From: Scyliorhinus canicula
Lineage: Eukaryota
Assembly: GCF_902713615.1 (NCBI RefSeq)
Contig: NC_052152.1
Coordinates: forward strand, 65,630,818-65,694,817
Reading direction: 5' to 3'
Length of the DNA stretch: 64,000 bases
The notes under the pieces are model-generated. The model was not told the DNA's origin and did not search any database. It saw only the letters and a list, made by a program, of their open reading frames with translations. Position numbers and translations under genes: made by a program. Of the stretch, positions 22,622-35,280 are shown in pieces; positions within the stretch are counted from its first letter, which is position 1; the number at the start of each line of letters is the position of its first letter.

Positions 22622-25600
22622 TTTAAAAAAAATAAAACATGTTATTGAGGTATTTTTGGTTTTACAACGACAAAATAAGCAGCATACATCAGTCTATAAA
22701 CATAGTGCAAACGCCTGCTTCCTCCCTTACAGGTTCCACCTTTATTAACCCCCTACTCTAATCTAAACCCCCCTCCTTCTGCTGCCGTTTAATTTTCTGC
22801 AAAGAAGTCGATGAATGGTTGCCACCTCCGGGCGAACCCGAGCAATGATCCTCTCAACCCTAACTTGATTTTCTCCAAGCAGAGAAAGCCATGTCAGATA
22901 GCCAGGCCTCCGACTTCGGGGGCTTTGAGTCCCTCCAAGCTATTAACATTTGCCTCCGGGCCACCAGGGAAATAAAGGCCAGAACATCTGCCTCTATCTC
23001 CTGCTGGATTCCGGATCTTCCAAGACCCGAAAATCGGCACCTCCGGATTCGGTGTCACCCTTGTTTTTAACACCGTGGACATGACGCCTGCAAACCCCTG
23101 CCAGAATCCCCTGAGCTTTGGACATGTCCAAAACATGTGGACATGGTTTGCTGGCCCTCCCGCACACCTTGGCCACTTATCTTCTACCCCAAAGAACCTG
23201 CTCATACAGGCCACTGTCATGTGAGCTTAATGAACAACCTTGAACTGTATCTGATGTGGATTGTGGATAGCACAATCGCTTCACAGCTCCAGGGTCCCAG
23301 GTTCGATTCCGGCTTGGGTCACTGTCTGTGCGAAGTCTGCGCATCCTCCCCGTGTGTGTGTGGGTTTCCTCCGGGTGGTCCGGTTTCCTCCCGCAGTCCA
23401 AGGATGTGCAGGTTAGGTGGATTGGCCATGATAAATTTCCCTTAGTGCCCAAAATTGCCCTTAGTGTTGGGTTGGGTTATGGGGATAGGGTGGAGGTGTT
23501 AACCTTGGGTAGGGTGCTCTTTCCAGGAGCCGGTGCAGACTCGATGGGCCGAATGGCCCCCTTCTGCACTGTAAATTCTATGTATCTATAAATTCTATGT
23601 ATCAGGCAAAGCCTGGTGCATGTTGTGGGCGCATTGACTCTACTCAACGCATCCGCCCAGAGACCATCCTCTATCTCTCCTCCTCGCTCCTCCGTCCACT
23701 TGCGCTTCAGCTCCTCAGTCTGCGTGTCCTCTGACCCCATGAGCTCCTTATAGATGTCGGAGACCTTCCCTTCTCCCACTCACACTCTGGAGACGACCCT
23801 ATCCTGAATCTCCCTTGGTGGTCGGAGCGGGAAGGTTGAGACCGTCTACATAGGAAGTCCTGCACCTGCTGATACCTAAATTTATTTCCCCTCGCCAATC
23901 CAAATTTCTCAAGCTAGGAAAGCTCTCTTCAATAAACATATCCCCCATCCTCTCAATTGCTGCCTTCTGCCATCTCTGAAACCCCCCCCCCCCCCCCCCA
24001 CCCCGTCCATCCTTCCCAGGGCAAACCAATGGTTGTTAGAGATTGGAGACCAGACCGATGCTCCCTTCGCTCCCACATGTTTCCTCCATTGCCCCCAGAC
24101 TCTCAGGGCTGCCACCACCACGGGGCTAGCGGAATACCGTGCCGGCGGGAACGGCAGAGGTGCTGTTATCAACGCCCTCAAACTGGTGCCCTTACATGAT
24201 GCCGCCTCCATATGCTCCAATGCCGACCATCCCATCACCACCTACTTCCTGATCATAGCTATATTCACCTCCCAATAATAGTTATTGGAGTTTGGCAGTG
24301 CCAGCCCGCCCTCTCCCCAGCTCTGGACAATCATCCCCTTTTTTACTCGCGAGGTCTTGCCCTCCCATACAAAGCCCGTGATAACTTTGTTAACCCGTTA
24401 TAAAAAGGACTGTGGAATAAAGATTGGGAGACACTGGAACACAAACAGGACTCTCAGACGGACCGTCATCTTCACCGTCTGGACCCTCCCAGCTAGTGAC
24501 AGCGGGAGCACGTCCCACCTCCGGAAATCATCCTTCATTTGGTCCACCAGATGGGCCAGATTAAGTTTGAGCAACTGTTCTCATTCCCACACCACTTGTA
24601 TGCCTAGATAGCTAAAACTTCCCCCTACCACTCTAAACAAAAGTTCCCCAAATGGTCTCTCCTATCCCCTTGCCTGGATTGTGAACATCTCACTTTTCCC
24701 CATATTTAGTTTGTCCCCTGAAAACCGGCCAAATTCCCCCAGAATCCTCATCTTCCATCCCCTTTGCTGGGTCCGATACATACAGGAGCAGTTCGTCTGC
24801 GTAAAGCGAGACTCTGTGTTCCACTGCCCCCCAGACCAATCCCTTCCAGCCCCTTGAGGCTCTCAGCGCAATTGCCAGCGGCTCTGTAAGCCAGCGTGAA
24901 CAACAGTGGGGAGAGGGGGCATCCCTGTCTCGTCCCCCGGTGTAGCCTAAAATAGTCTGATGTCGTACTATTCGTCTGGGCTGCCACCACCACGGGGCTA
25001 GCGGAATACCGTGCCGGCGGGAACGGCAGAGGTGCTGTTATCAAGCCACAGAAGCTTGATAGAGCAACCTGACCCAGTCAATAAAGCCCCACCCAAATCT
25101 AACCGTCCCAGTACCTCCCACAGATAATCCCATTCTACTTGATCAAAAGCCTTCTCTGTGTCCATTGCGACCACTACCTCCACCTCCCTACGTTCTGGGG
25201 GCATCATGATCGCATTTAGCAACCTTCTTACATTGGACACCAGCTGCCTTCCCTTAACGAATCCCGTCTGGTCCTCCCCAATCACATCCAGAACACAGTC
25301 TTCAATCCGAGAGGACAAGCTTTTGGCCAACAGTTTGGCGTCCACATTCAATACGGATATCGGCCTGTAGGACCCACGCAGCTTCAGATCCTTATCCCGC
25401 TTCAGAATCAGTGAGATCGTGGCCTGTGACATCGTTGGAGGAAGCAGCCCACGCTCCCTTGCCTCATTGAATGTCCTCATCAACAGCGGCCCCAATATCC
25501 CAGCAGACATTTTATAGAACTCCGCTGGTTACCCATCTGGCCCCGGGGCTTTACCCGACTGCATGGCCTTCAGACCCTCCACTATCTCTTCGATCCCGAT

Positions 25601-27650
25601 CGGCGCCCCCAGCTCTTCTACCAGCTCCCCGTCCACCTTTGGGAAATTCAGTCCCCCTATGAAGTGCCCCATCCCCTCCGGCCCCGGTGGGGGTTCCGAC
25701 CCATACAACCTACTGTAAAACTCCTCAAACGCCTTATTCACCCCTGCTGAGTCTCCAACCAGGCTCCAGTCCCCATTCTTTACTTTCCTTATCTCCCTGG
25801 CTGCCTCCCTCTTTCGAAGCTGTTGTGCAAGCATTCTGCTGGCCTTCTCTCCATGCTTATAAATCGCCCCCCCCACCTTTCTCAGCTGCTCTACCGCCCT
25901 CCCTGCGGTTAACAAGCTGAACTCCGCCTGTAGTCTCCGCCGTTCCCTTAAAAGCCCTGCCTCTGGGGTCTCCGCATACCTCCTGTCGACCTGTAGTATT
26001 TCCTTTACCAGTCGGTCCGTCTCTGTCCTACCTTCTCCCTGTGGGCCTGTATCGAGATCAGCTCCCCTCTAACAACCGCCTTCAATGATTCCCAGACCAC
26101 TGCTGCTGAAATTTCCCCCATGTCATTGACCTCCAGGTAATTCTGAATACATTTCCTCAACCCCCCGCACACCTCCTTGTCCGCTAAAAGCCCCACGTCT
26201 AACCTCCAGTGCGGGCGCTGATTACTGTCTTTACTAACCTGTAGGTCAACCCAGTGCAGGGCATGGTCTGAGATTGTGATCGCCGAGTACCCCGTGTCCA
26301 CCAACCCCATCAGTAGAGCCCTGCTCAGAATAAAGAAATCGATCCGGGAGTACACTTTATGCACATGTGAGTAGAAGGAAAATTTTACTCTTCGCTGCCC
26401 AAATCTCCATGGGTCCACCCCGCCCCCCCCCCTCATTTGCTCCATGAACCCTTTTAGCTCCTTAGTCATTGCCTCCTCCCCCCCCCCCCAGTAACAGCAC
26501 AAAATAAATCAGCCCCTTTGATAAGCCTAACATCTGTTCACCCCCCACTACGCTTCCATAAGCTAGCCCACCCAGCTAGCTTGGTGGCCCTCGCCCCTGG
26601 TGCCAGACAATCTCCCACCTATTGTTCCCTCCCCACCATCCCCCCCCGCTCATACATACATATTCAAATGAAAAACAATCCCAACACAATTGCCCGACAG
26701 AGATAAAAAAAAACCCCAAGTTGAACACATAGTTAAAAAATGGGGATCAAGCGAAAGATCCAGCATCTGAACAAGCATACCTCCATCCCCCAACAGTGCA
26801 AATGCAAACTTTACCTCACACAGCTCTGCAGCTGGTCTCAGATCCATGTAGCAAGCATAAAAAAATAACGTACGAAAAAGCAAGAAACAAGAAACTTAAA
26901 AAAAACATAAACACTGCAGCAAAATTCAGAGTTCTCAGTCTGACAGTTCTTTCCTGTTCGCGAAGTCCAGCACTTCCTCAGGCGACACAAAATAGTAATG
27001 TTGCTCCTCGTGTGTGGCCCAGAGGCGGGCCGGATACAACAGCCCGATCTTCACCTTTTTCTTGAAAAGGATCAAACTGATCTGGTTAAACCCCACTCTT
27101 GTCCTGGCCACCTCCACACTCAGATCTTGATAGATCCGCAGGATACTGTTGTCCCATTTGCAGCTCCGTGTCTGCTTGGGCCACTGTAAAACGCGTTCCT
27201 TATCCAGGTATCTGTGGAATCTCACCACCATTTCCCGAGGGGGGTCTCCCATTCGCGGTTTCCTCGTGAGCGCTCTGTGAGTCCTGTCCACCTCCAAGGG
27301 TCGAGGGGCTGCCCCATGCCCCAGCAGATTTTCGAACATAGCCGCTATGTATGCCCCAGCGTCCTCTCCTTCGGATCCCTCTGGGAGCCCAACGATCCTC
27401 AAGCTCTGCCAAAGGTACCTATTCTCTAAGTCCTCCACCCTCTCCAGGAGCCTTTTCTGCTGGTCTCTTAGCAGCCCCACCTCAAACTCCACCGCTGTTT
27501 GATGTTCCTCCTGGTCAGCCAGCGTCTTCTCTACTTTCTGGATCGCCCGATCTTGGGCATCCAATCTAAATTCCAGCCGCGAAATTGCCTCTTTAATTGG
27601 GTCCAAGCAGTCCTGCTTCTCCGTGGCGAAGCCCTCCTGGATCACGCTAG
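22622..27650 (-). mobile_element. L1/Tx1-clade LINE, near full length, ORF2 disrupted
   Basis: ORF1 LENR...LRIVGLPEGSEG...EVDRTHR (26935-27650); endonuclease YSRIDFF, ISDHA; RT GKAPGPDG, SYRPISVLNVDAKLL, KAFDQVEW, RQGCPLSPLLF; C-terminal HVHMFWTCP. Confidence 0.9.
23262..23609 (+). mobile_element. SINE inserted in the L1 3' region
   Basis: GTGGATAGCACAATCGCTTCACAGCTCCAGGG head and CTGCACTGTAAATTCTATG tail. Confidence 0.9.
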
Positions 27651-30125
27651 AGGGCCGGCTGCTGAACAGGACAAGGAGGAGGAGGTGGTACCAAAGAGGT
27701 GCCGGATGAGGCGCCACGAGTACCTGCGCCACATGTCCTTTGAGGAACTTCCGGGCCTTCAGGAGGTGACTGCGGATCAGCAGGGAGACTGTTTGACACA
27801 TCTGCCTCATGATGGCACATCTGGCACCGCAGGGGAATGGGGGAGGACACCCGCTCCCGGTGGCCGTCAAGGTGACAGTAGCGCTGAATTTTTATGTGAC
27901 GGGGTCTTTCCAGTCGCCGAGTGGGGACCTGTCTGGGATTTCACAGATATCAGAGCACAGGTGCTTACCGATGTTATGGACGCCCTGTATGCACTTGCGT
28001 ACCACTACATACAGTACTCTGTGGACAGTGCCCACCCGGATGCCCGGGCAGGCGGGTTCACTGCTGTTGCCGGGATGCCCCGTGTCCAGTGGGTCATCTA
28101 TGGGATGCATGTCGTCCTATGGCCACCGGCGGTTAACAAGCCACTGTTCACAAAGCGGAAGGGGTACCACTCCATGAATGTTCAGGTGGTCTGTGACCAC
28201 CAGATGAGGATCCTGCACGTCTGCACCCGATACCCGGGCAGTGTGCATGACTCATTCATGTTGGCACAATCTGTGATCTCCGGCTCTCCTCATCGGTGCT
28301 CGCTTTTCTGGGGGGCACCAGCTCTGGCCCTCAATGGGCCGGGACCATCCCCGGCTGGTCCTGTAAGACACAAGACAACATTATGGTTGGACAGCTTGAC
28401 AGGGGTGAGGCTTGACGCGGTGAAGGCTGGGGTGTGGGGTGAGGGAGGTGTGGGGTGAGAGCGGTGTGGGGTGAGGGGGGTGTGGGGTGAGGGGGTTGGG
28501 GTGTGGGGTGAGGTGTGAGGGGGTTGTGGGGTGAGGGGGTGTGGGGTGAGAGGGGTTGGGGTGTTGGGTGAGGAGTGTGGTGAGGGGGCTGTGGGGTGAG
28601 GGGGCTGTGGGGTGAGGGGGGTTGGGGTGTGGGGTGAGGGGTGTGGGGTGAGAGGGATTGGGGTGTTGGGCGAGGAGTGAAGAGTGTGGGGTGAGGGGGC
28701 TGTGGGGTGAGGGGGCTGTGGGGTGAAGGGGATTGGGGTGTGGGGTGAGGGGTGTGGGGTGAGGAGTGAGGAGTGTGGGGGCTGTGGGGTGAGGGGTTTG
28801 TGGGGTGAGAGGGGTTGGGGTGTTGGGTGAGGAGTGTGGGGTGAGGGGGCTGTGGGGTGAGGGGGCTGTGGGGTGAAGGGGATTGGGGTGTGGGGTGAGG
28901 GGTGTGGGGTGAGAGGGGTTGGGGTGTTGGGTGAGGAGTGAGGAGTGTGGGGGCTGTGGGGTGAGGGGTTTGTGGGGTGAGGGGGGTTGGGGTGTGGGGT
29001 GAGGGGTGTGGGGTGAGAGGGGTTGGGGTGTTGGGTGAGGGGGCTGTGGGGTGAGGGGGCTGTGGGGTGAGGGGGCTGTGGGGTGAAGGGGGTTGGGGTG
29101 TGGGGTGAGGGGTGTGGGGTGAGAGGGGTTGGGGTGTTGGGTGAGGAGTGTGGGGTGAGGGGGCTGTGGGGTGAAGGGGGTTGGGGTGTGGGGTGAGGGG
29201 TGTGGGGTGAGAGGGGTTGGGGTGTTGGGTGAGGAGTGTGGGGTGAGGGGGCTGTGGGGTGAGGGGGCTGTGGGGTGAAGGGGGTTGGGGTGTGGGGTGA
29301 GGGGTGTGGGGTGAGAGGGGTTGGGGTGTTGGGTGAGGAGTGTGGGGTGAGGGGGCTGTGGGGTGAGGGGGCTGTGGGGTGAAGGGGGTTGGGGTGTGGG
29401 GTGAGCTGTGAGGAGTGTGGGGTGAGGGGACTCTGGGGTGAGGGGGGTGTGGGGGGTTGGGGTGGGCACGCGTTTGTGGTGAGGGTCCACAACCAGTCAT
29501 GGGGCTCTCACTTTGTGGCGCGCGGCCGACCTCCGCGTCGACAGCCTCCCTATTTCTCCAGCCCGCCGACAATGTCTAGTGCCCTCTGCTCAGGCACAGT
29601 GAGGGGACGCAGGCCCGGTGGTCCCCTTCGGTCTTCTCCCTTTCCCGGCAGTCGTGCGCAGCCTTGTCCTGGCCGCGGGGGGGGGGGGGGGGGGGGGGGT
29701 GGCAAACACAAACAGCAACAGTGTTAGTCGGTCCAACGCATGCAGCCCAGGGACTGGGTATCTGATGGCATCAGTGGCCAGGGGATATGGCCATTGTGGC
29801 TTATTTGGTGGGTGCAGCCATGTGGGTCAGGGGAGGTTGAGTGGGTGTCACATGTGTGTGGGGAGTAGGGTGCTTGGTGCCAGGGGCACAGTGCTGGGTT
29901 CTCACCCTGGCTGTCCTGAGGAGGTTGTGCAGTTTTTTCTGCACTGGTCTGCAGTCCGGGCCACCACCCTGCGGCGGCTGCCACCTTTGCCCAGGCACAG
30001 CGAACGATGGCGCCTGCTATCCTCTGACCCGGCCTGGGGTATAGTATCAGCCTCCTCTCCTCCTTGTGGGCAGGAAGCACAAGGATTCAAATGCTGGAGT
30101 GGTACAAAGAGCCATGAGATTGGCC
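27650..30125. mobile_element. PIF/Harbinger transposon remnant (transposase on +, intron-containing Myb/SANT-like gene on -)
   Basis: Transposase motifs PLPVAVKVTVALNFY..GSFQ, GFTAVAGMPRVQ, KRKGYHSMNVQVVCDH, RYPGSVHDSF (27660-28290); Myb-like VRCAWAKVA at 29900-30080; convergent two-gene layout. Confidence 0.85.
28420..29465 (+). repeat. G-rich minisatellite (GGGGTGAGGGG-type units with a roughly 100-bp higher-order block)
   Basis: Over 1 kb of variants of TGTGGGGTGAGGGGGC / GGGGTTGGGGTGTTGGGTGAGGAG. Confidence 0.95.
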
Positions 30126-30130
30126 CGTAG

Positions 30131-30345
30131 CAGGGTGGCAAGGTGGCACAGTGGGTTAGCACTGCTGCCCCATGGCACTGAGGGCCCGAGTTCGATCCCT
30201 GTCCCGGATCACTGTCCGCGAGGAGTTTGCACATTCTCCCGGTGTTTGCGTAAGTCTCACCCCCACAACCCAAAGATGTGCAGAGTAGGTGAATTGGCCA
30301 CGCTAAATTGCCCCTTAATTGGAAAATAAAGATTGGGTTTTCTAA
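30131..30345 (+). mobile_element. tRNA-derived SINE
   Basis: GTGGCACAGTGGGTTAGCACTGCTGCC head, GAGTTCGATCCC B box, AAATTGCCCCTTAATTGG end. Confidence 0.85.
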
Positions 30346-30924
30346 ATGTACAGCAACTGATGCCTGAGTTAAGAATAATAGCTGCAGACAAAAAATAGGA
30401 GGCAATTGAAAGGAAAATTGAAAAGAGATGAAGTTAAAGATACCATAACACTAAGACAAGTGGACATATTTCAACCTGGTAAAAGACAAATTCAGGATTA
30501 ACAGCAAAAAGATTTTTAGTCGAGAAGCAACTAATTCCTGGCTTGGGCATTGAATAAATTTATCATGGCAGAACTATTTAATCATGGTATCAAAAATCAG
30601 AATAAAATGGACAAGTCTATTTATTTCAGGATAAATGTAGGTTAACATTCAGATTTGCATAAAGCTTTGGCGTCTGAGCTTCCACTTCAGACTTATAGCC
30701 TATAATGGTATCCACATCACATGCTTGAAGACAAGATTGGCAGAATGCAGTATAAATTCAGCAAAGACTCACTCGATACAATGCCAAGCAATTTCCCCTT
30801 GTAGCCTTTATAAAGTAACAGAAACTTCTGAGGGACACAAATGCGCAGTTAAACATGGAAATGGCTTCCTTCGGAGGTCCCTAGCATTACAGAAGTCAGT
30901 CTTCATCCAATTTGATTCATTCCA

Positions 30925-32775
30925 CGTGATATGAAGAAATGGTTGAAGGCACTGGATACTGCAAAGGCTATGGGTCCTGACCGTATTCTGGCAAAGGTAC
31001 TGAAGACTTGTGCTCCAGAACTTGCCGTGCCCCTAGCCAAGCTGTTCCAATACAGTCACGATTCTGACATTTATCCGGCTATGTGGGAAATTGCTCAGGT
31101 ATGTCTCGGTGCACATGCAACAGGTCAAATCAAACCTGGCCAATTTCCACCCTATCGGTCTACTCATGATCATCAGAAAAGTGATGTAAGACGTCATTAA
31201 TAATGCTATCAAACAGCACTTACTCAGCAATAACCTGCTCATTGATTCTCAATTTGGATTTTGCCAGGGTCACTCAGCGCCTGACCCCACTACAACCTTG
31301 GTTCAAACATGGACAAAAGAGCTGAACTCCAGAAGTGAAGTGGGAGTGACTTTCTTTGATATCAAGGCAGCATTTGACCAAATAAGGCATCAAGAAGCAA
31401 AACTGGAATCAATGGAAATCAAGGGGGAAAGTCTCCACTGGTTGGAATCATGCCTAACATAAAGGAAGATGGTTGTGGTTGTTGGAGGTCAATCATCTCA
31501 TTCCAGGACATCACTTCAGGAGTTCCTTAGAGTAGTGTCCTAGAAACCATCTTCAGGTGCTTCATCATTGACCTTCCTTCCAACATAAGGTCAGAAATGG
31601 GGATGTTCACTGATAACTGCACAATGTTCAGCACTATTCATGAATCCACAGATAGTTCAGCAGTCCATGTCCAAAGGCAGCAAGACCTGGACAATATCCA
31701 GGCTTGGGATGACAAGTGGCAAGTAACATTTGTGCCAGGCAATGGGCAGCATGGTAGCATTGTGGATAGCACAATTGCTTCACAGCTCCAGGGTCCCAGG
31801 TTCGATTCCGACTTGGGTCACTGTCTGTGTGAAGTCTGCACATCCTCCCCGTGTGTGCGTGGGTTTCCTCTGGGTGCTCCGGTTTCCTCCCACAGTCCAA
31901 AGATGTGCAGGTTTGGTGGATTGCCCATGATAAATTGCCCTTAGTGTCCAAAATTGCCCTTAGTGTTGGGTGGGGTTACTGGTTTATGGGGATAGGGTGG
32001 AAGGTGTTGACCTTGGGTAGGGTGCTCTTTCCAAGAGCCGTTGCAGACTCGATGGGCCGAATGGCCTCCTTCTGCAAAGTAAAATTTTTTTTATGATTCT
32101 CAACAAGAGAGGAACTAACTATCAGCCTTGAAGTTCAATGTCATTATTATCACTGAAATCCCCACTATCAACACCCTTGGGGTTACCATTGATATGAAAC
32201 TCAATTGGGCTAACCATATAATTACTGTGGCTACAAGGGCATTTCAGAGGCTGGAAATTCTGTGAAGAGTAATTCACCTTCTGATTCCTCAAAGCCTGCC
32301 AACCATCCACAAGGCTCAAATCAGGAGTATGATGGAATACTCTCCACTTGCCTGGATGAAGGCAGCTCCAACAATACTGAAGAATCTTGACGTCATCCAG
32401 TTTGATTTGTACCTTTTCCACAAACATTAAATCCCTCTACCACCTACTAACAGTGGCACCAGTGCATGTCATCTAAAAGGTGCATTGCAGGAACTCACCA
32501 AAGCTCCTTAGACAGCTCCTTCCAATCCCATGACTGCTACCATCGGGAAAGGGCAGTAGACACCTTGGACCACCACCACCTGGACGTCCCCTCCAAGTCA
32601 CTCACCATCCTTACTTGGGAATATATCATCATTTCTTCACTATCAAAATCCAAGAACTCCCTGTCTATAGCACTTGGGTGCACTTACACCTCAGGCACTG
32701 CAGCAGTTCAAGGGCAACTAAGGATGGGTAATAAATGTTGATGTAGCCAGTGATGCCCACATCCCGTAAATACAT
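30925..32775 (+). mobile_element. CR1/L2-group LINE RT region interrupted by a SINE
   Basis: ALDTAKAMGPD...LKTCAPELAVPLAKLFQ, FTDNCTMF motifs; continues after 32095. Confidence 0.8.
31744..32095 (+). mobile_element. Full-length tRNA-derived SINE
   Basis: GGGCAGCATGGTAGCATTGTGG head; same family as 23262 and 52808. Confidence 0.9.
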
Positions 32776-33481
32776 TTTTAAAAATCAGAACTTTCTGTTT
32801 GAATTGTTTTGCTCCTCCAAAGTGTGTACTATATTGATAGCTCAAAGTCTTAATTAAAATGATGCAATCTCTCTGACACAGAAAATTAAATTTTGCAAAT
32901 GTGGGGTAACATTCCCTCTAATTTTATTTATTGTTGAAAATTTAAAAAAAAACATGTTTCCAAATGTTTTGTTTGTTACTTTTATCTCTCTTTTAATTCA
33001 ATCTTTATTTTCCTTTCTTTATTTCCACGGTTTCACATTGAATAACATACCTGATGCAGATTACACATATCTCATTAAAACTCTTAAATCTGGTTATTTA
33101 ATGAGATGCACTGATCATACATGTCTGAAATGCCCTAAAGAGGGTGCTGTGCCGATGTTAATTTCTAATCATTGCAAGTTCCAATGCAATACCGCAGAGA
33201 AAAACTGTGGCTTAGTAAAAGCGCGATGAATGGTTGCTACCTTTCATTGAGCACTGCTGGCAATAGCTAAACCATTATATAGCTTGATGAAATGTTCTAC
33301 AGCTTTAGATTTTGTTTTTTAGGATTTATTACTTGGAATATGGGACTTTTGTCTTGTTTTGCCGATAATCCTTGTCTGTCACAATTTGACAAGCTATGAA
33401 AAAGTAAACTTTGTGGAGTGTGCAAGTACTCTTGCATATATTTCACTTTAGCATTTTTCCAGAGAGTGACTGTGGAGAAAG

Positions 33482-34269
33482 GGGGCTGGATTCTCCGCCG
33501 CGCCACATTTTGGCCCCGACCCGCCGGCGGGATTCTCTCTTACGCCGGCCGGTCAATGGGGTTTCCCATTGTGGGCAGCCTCACACTGTCAGGAAACACC
33601 CTGGCACCGGCAAAACTCTATGGGCGGGATTCACTGTTCCCCAATGCAGATTCCGTATTCGGCGATTGGGCGGAGAATCTCTTCTGACGCCGAAATTGGG
33701 GGCGGTGCCTGTGTGACTCAGGTTTTATATCCTCCACCCCCTCCAAAATGACATCAGCGCATCGCATGTTGCACGCAGTTGGGTCGGTGTTCGTGCATCA
33801 CCTGAAGGCCCTCCCCTGATGCTTCGCCCCTGATGGGCTGAGTTCCCGATCGCGCAGTTGAAGTGTGGGCTCAGCGGTCAGGAACCCGGTGTGGCGGCTG
33901 TGGACTGTGTCTAGCACCACCACAGTTGGTTGGGAGTGTGCTGCTGGCTGGGGGGGGGGGGGGCTTTCGCAAGAGCTGGGGAAACTGGTTGGGGGTGACC
34001 AGGGGGACACTGTCTGACAGTTCAGGTCAGCGCACGGCTGCGCCATGTTTTACGGCACGACCGACGCACGTCAGCCGTCGCCGTGCGAGTGCACAGCCAC
34101 GGACCCGGCCTTTCTCCAGCTGTTTTTATAGTGGGAGTCGGGTGTTTTAGGTGGTACAGCTGCTAGCCCCTCACTGGTTGCAGGATTGGTGGGGGGGGTG
34201 CCGCTGATTCTTTTGACGTAAAATGCCACAGATCCTCTGCACTTTGGCTCAAAAATGGTGAATCCAATG
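33482..34269. mobile_element. Two adjacent/nested Harbinger-derived MITEs
   Basis: Ends GGGCTGGATTCTCCG (33483) and GGGCGGGATTCAC (33622)...GGTGAATCCAAT match the terminal inverted repeats (TIRs) of other copies. Confidence 0.65.
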
Positions 34270-34485
34270 ACTTTAAGTCCCCTGGATGTGTTGGATTGTA
34301 TCTGAGGCTACTAAACAAAGTGTCTGCATAGCTAATGGATGCACTGGCTGTAATCTTGCAACATTCAGGAAAGGCCCCAGCAAATTGGAAAACTGCAAAT
34401 GAAACACTTCTTTTGAAGAAATGTGAAAGCAGGAAACTACAGACCTGTTAGTAAGAAGGTAGAGGGACACAAATAGTCTACAAAG

Positions 34486-35280
34486 TGTAAGGGTCCTTCC
34501 TGTTTATTCCCTTATTTTCCCTTTCTTTCTGTTATTATTTTTGATCCATGGTTGATTAATGGATATGTATCTTTAAGTCAAGCAGGATTAGTGGACATGT
34601 TTCTTTCAGGCAAGCAGCAGAATTCAGAAGTTACAGGAGCGAGCACAGAACTGCAGACTTGTTGGCACCAGAGACAGAGATGTGATGGGACTTGGATGGA
34701 TTAATTGTCTGATGGCAATGAATTGCCCAAAAGGTTGTACTCTGACCTGTAACAGGTGGCGATTGGATCCAATACCAGTGGAATGCTTTTCAGAGCCCCA
34801 AGGAGTTTCAGTTTTTATCCTGGCAACCCAGAGAGAGGATCGTGCTTTCTCGCTCCAGAGAGCATGTGAATGCTGTATTTCTGAAAAAATCTACAAGAAA
34901 GCCATTACAGGCTGTAAACCAAGATGAGGACCTGCATTCTGCATCCAGAAAGGCTGTGGTTGCTGTATTTCTGAAACTACAGAGACCTGAATGAATGACT
35001 CTACTGAGAAGACCATTACAAACTGCAAGTAGAGACTTAAACCTGGAAGCTTGCTGTGAAGGAAGGCGTGCTAATAACCATAATATGAAACAAAGACTCT
35101 TTTCCCCTTTTAATTATTATTTTTTACATCTTTCAACCCTATGTATTTGTCTGTCTTGTCTATGTGTAGAGGGAGGGGGACAAGTTAAAGTAGGAATGAG
35201 GAATTAGATTATAGTTAGCCAGTTGTATTTGTTTCATATTTCATGATAGTTCCTGTTATAAATAAACAGTAATTGTGTCG
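34486..35280 (+). mobile_element. LTR-like element, 3' end truncated at the tandem array
   Basis: Starts TGTAAGGG, AT-rich, AATAAA at about 35262; no closing CA or TSD found. Confidence 0.45.

Noticed and set aside
28290-29572. Three long Pro/His/Thr-rich ORFs (369-413 aa)
   Set aside because: They arise from the stop-poor complement of the G-rich minisatellite and are open in all three minus frames
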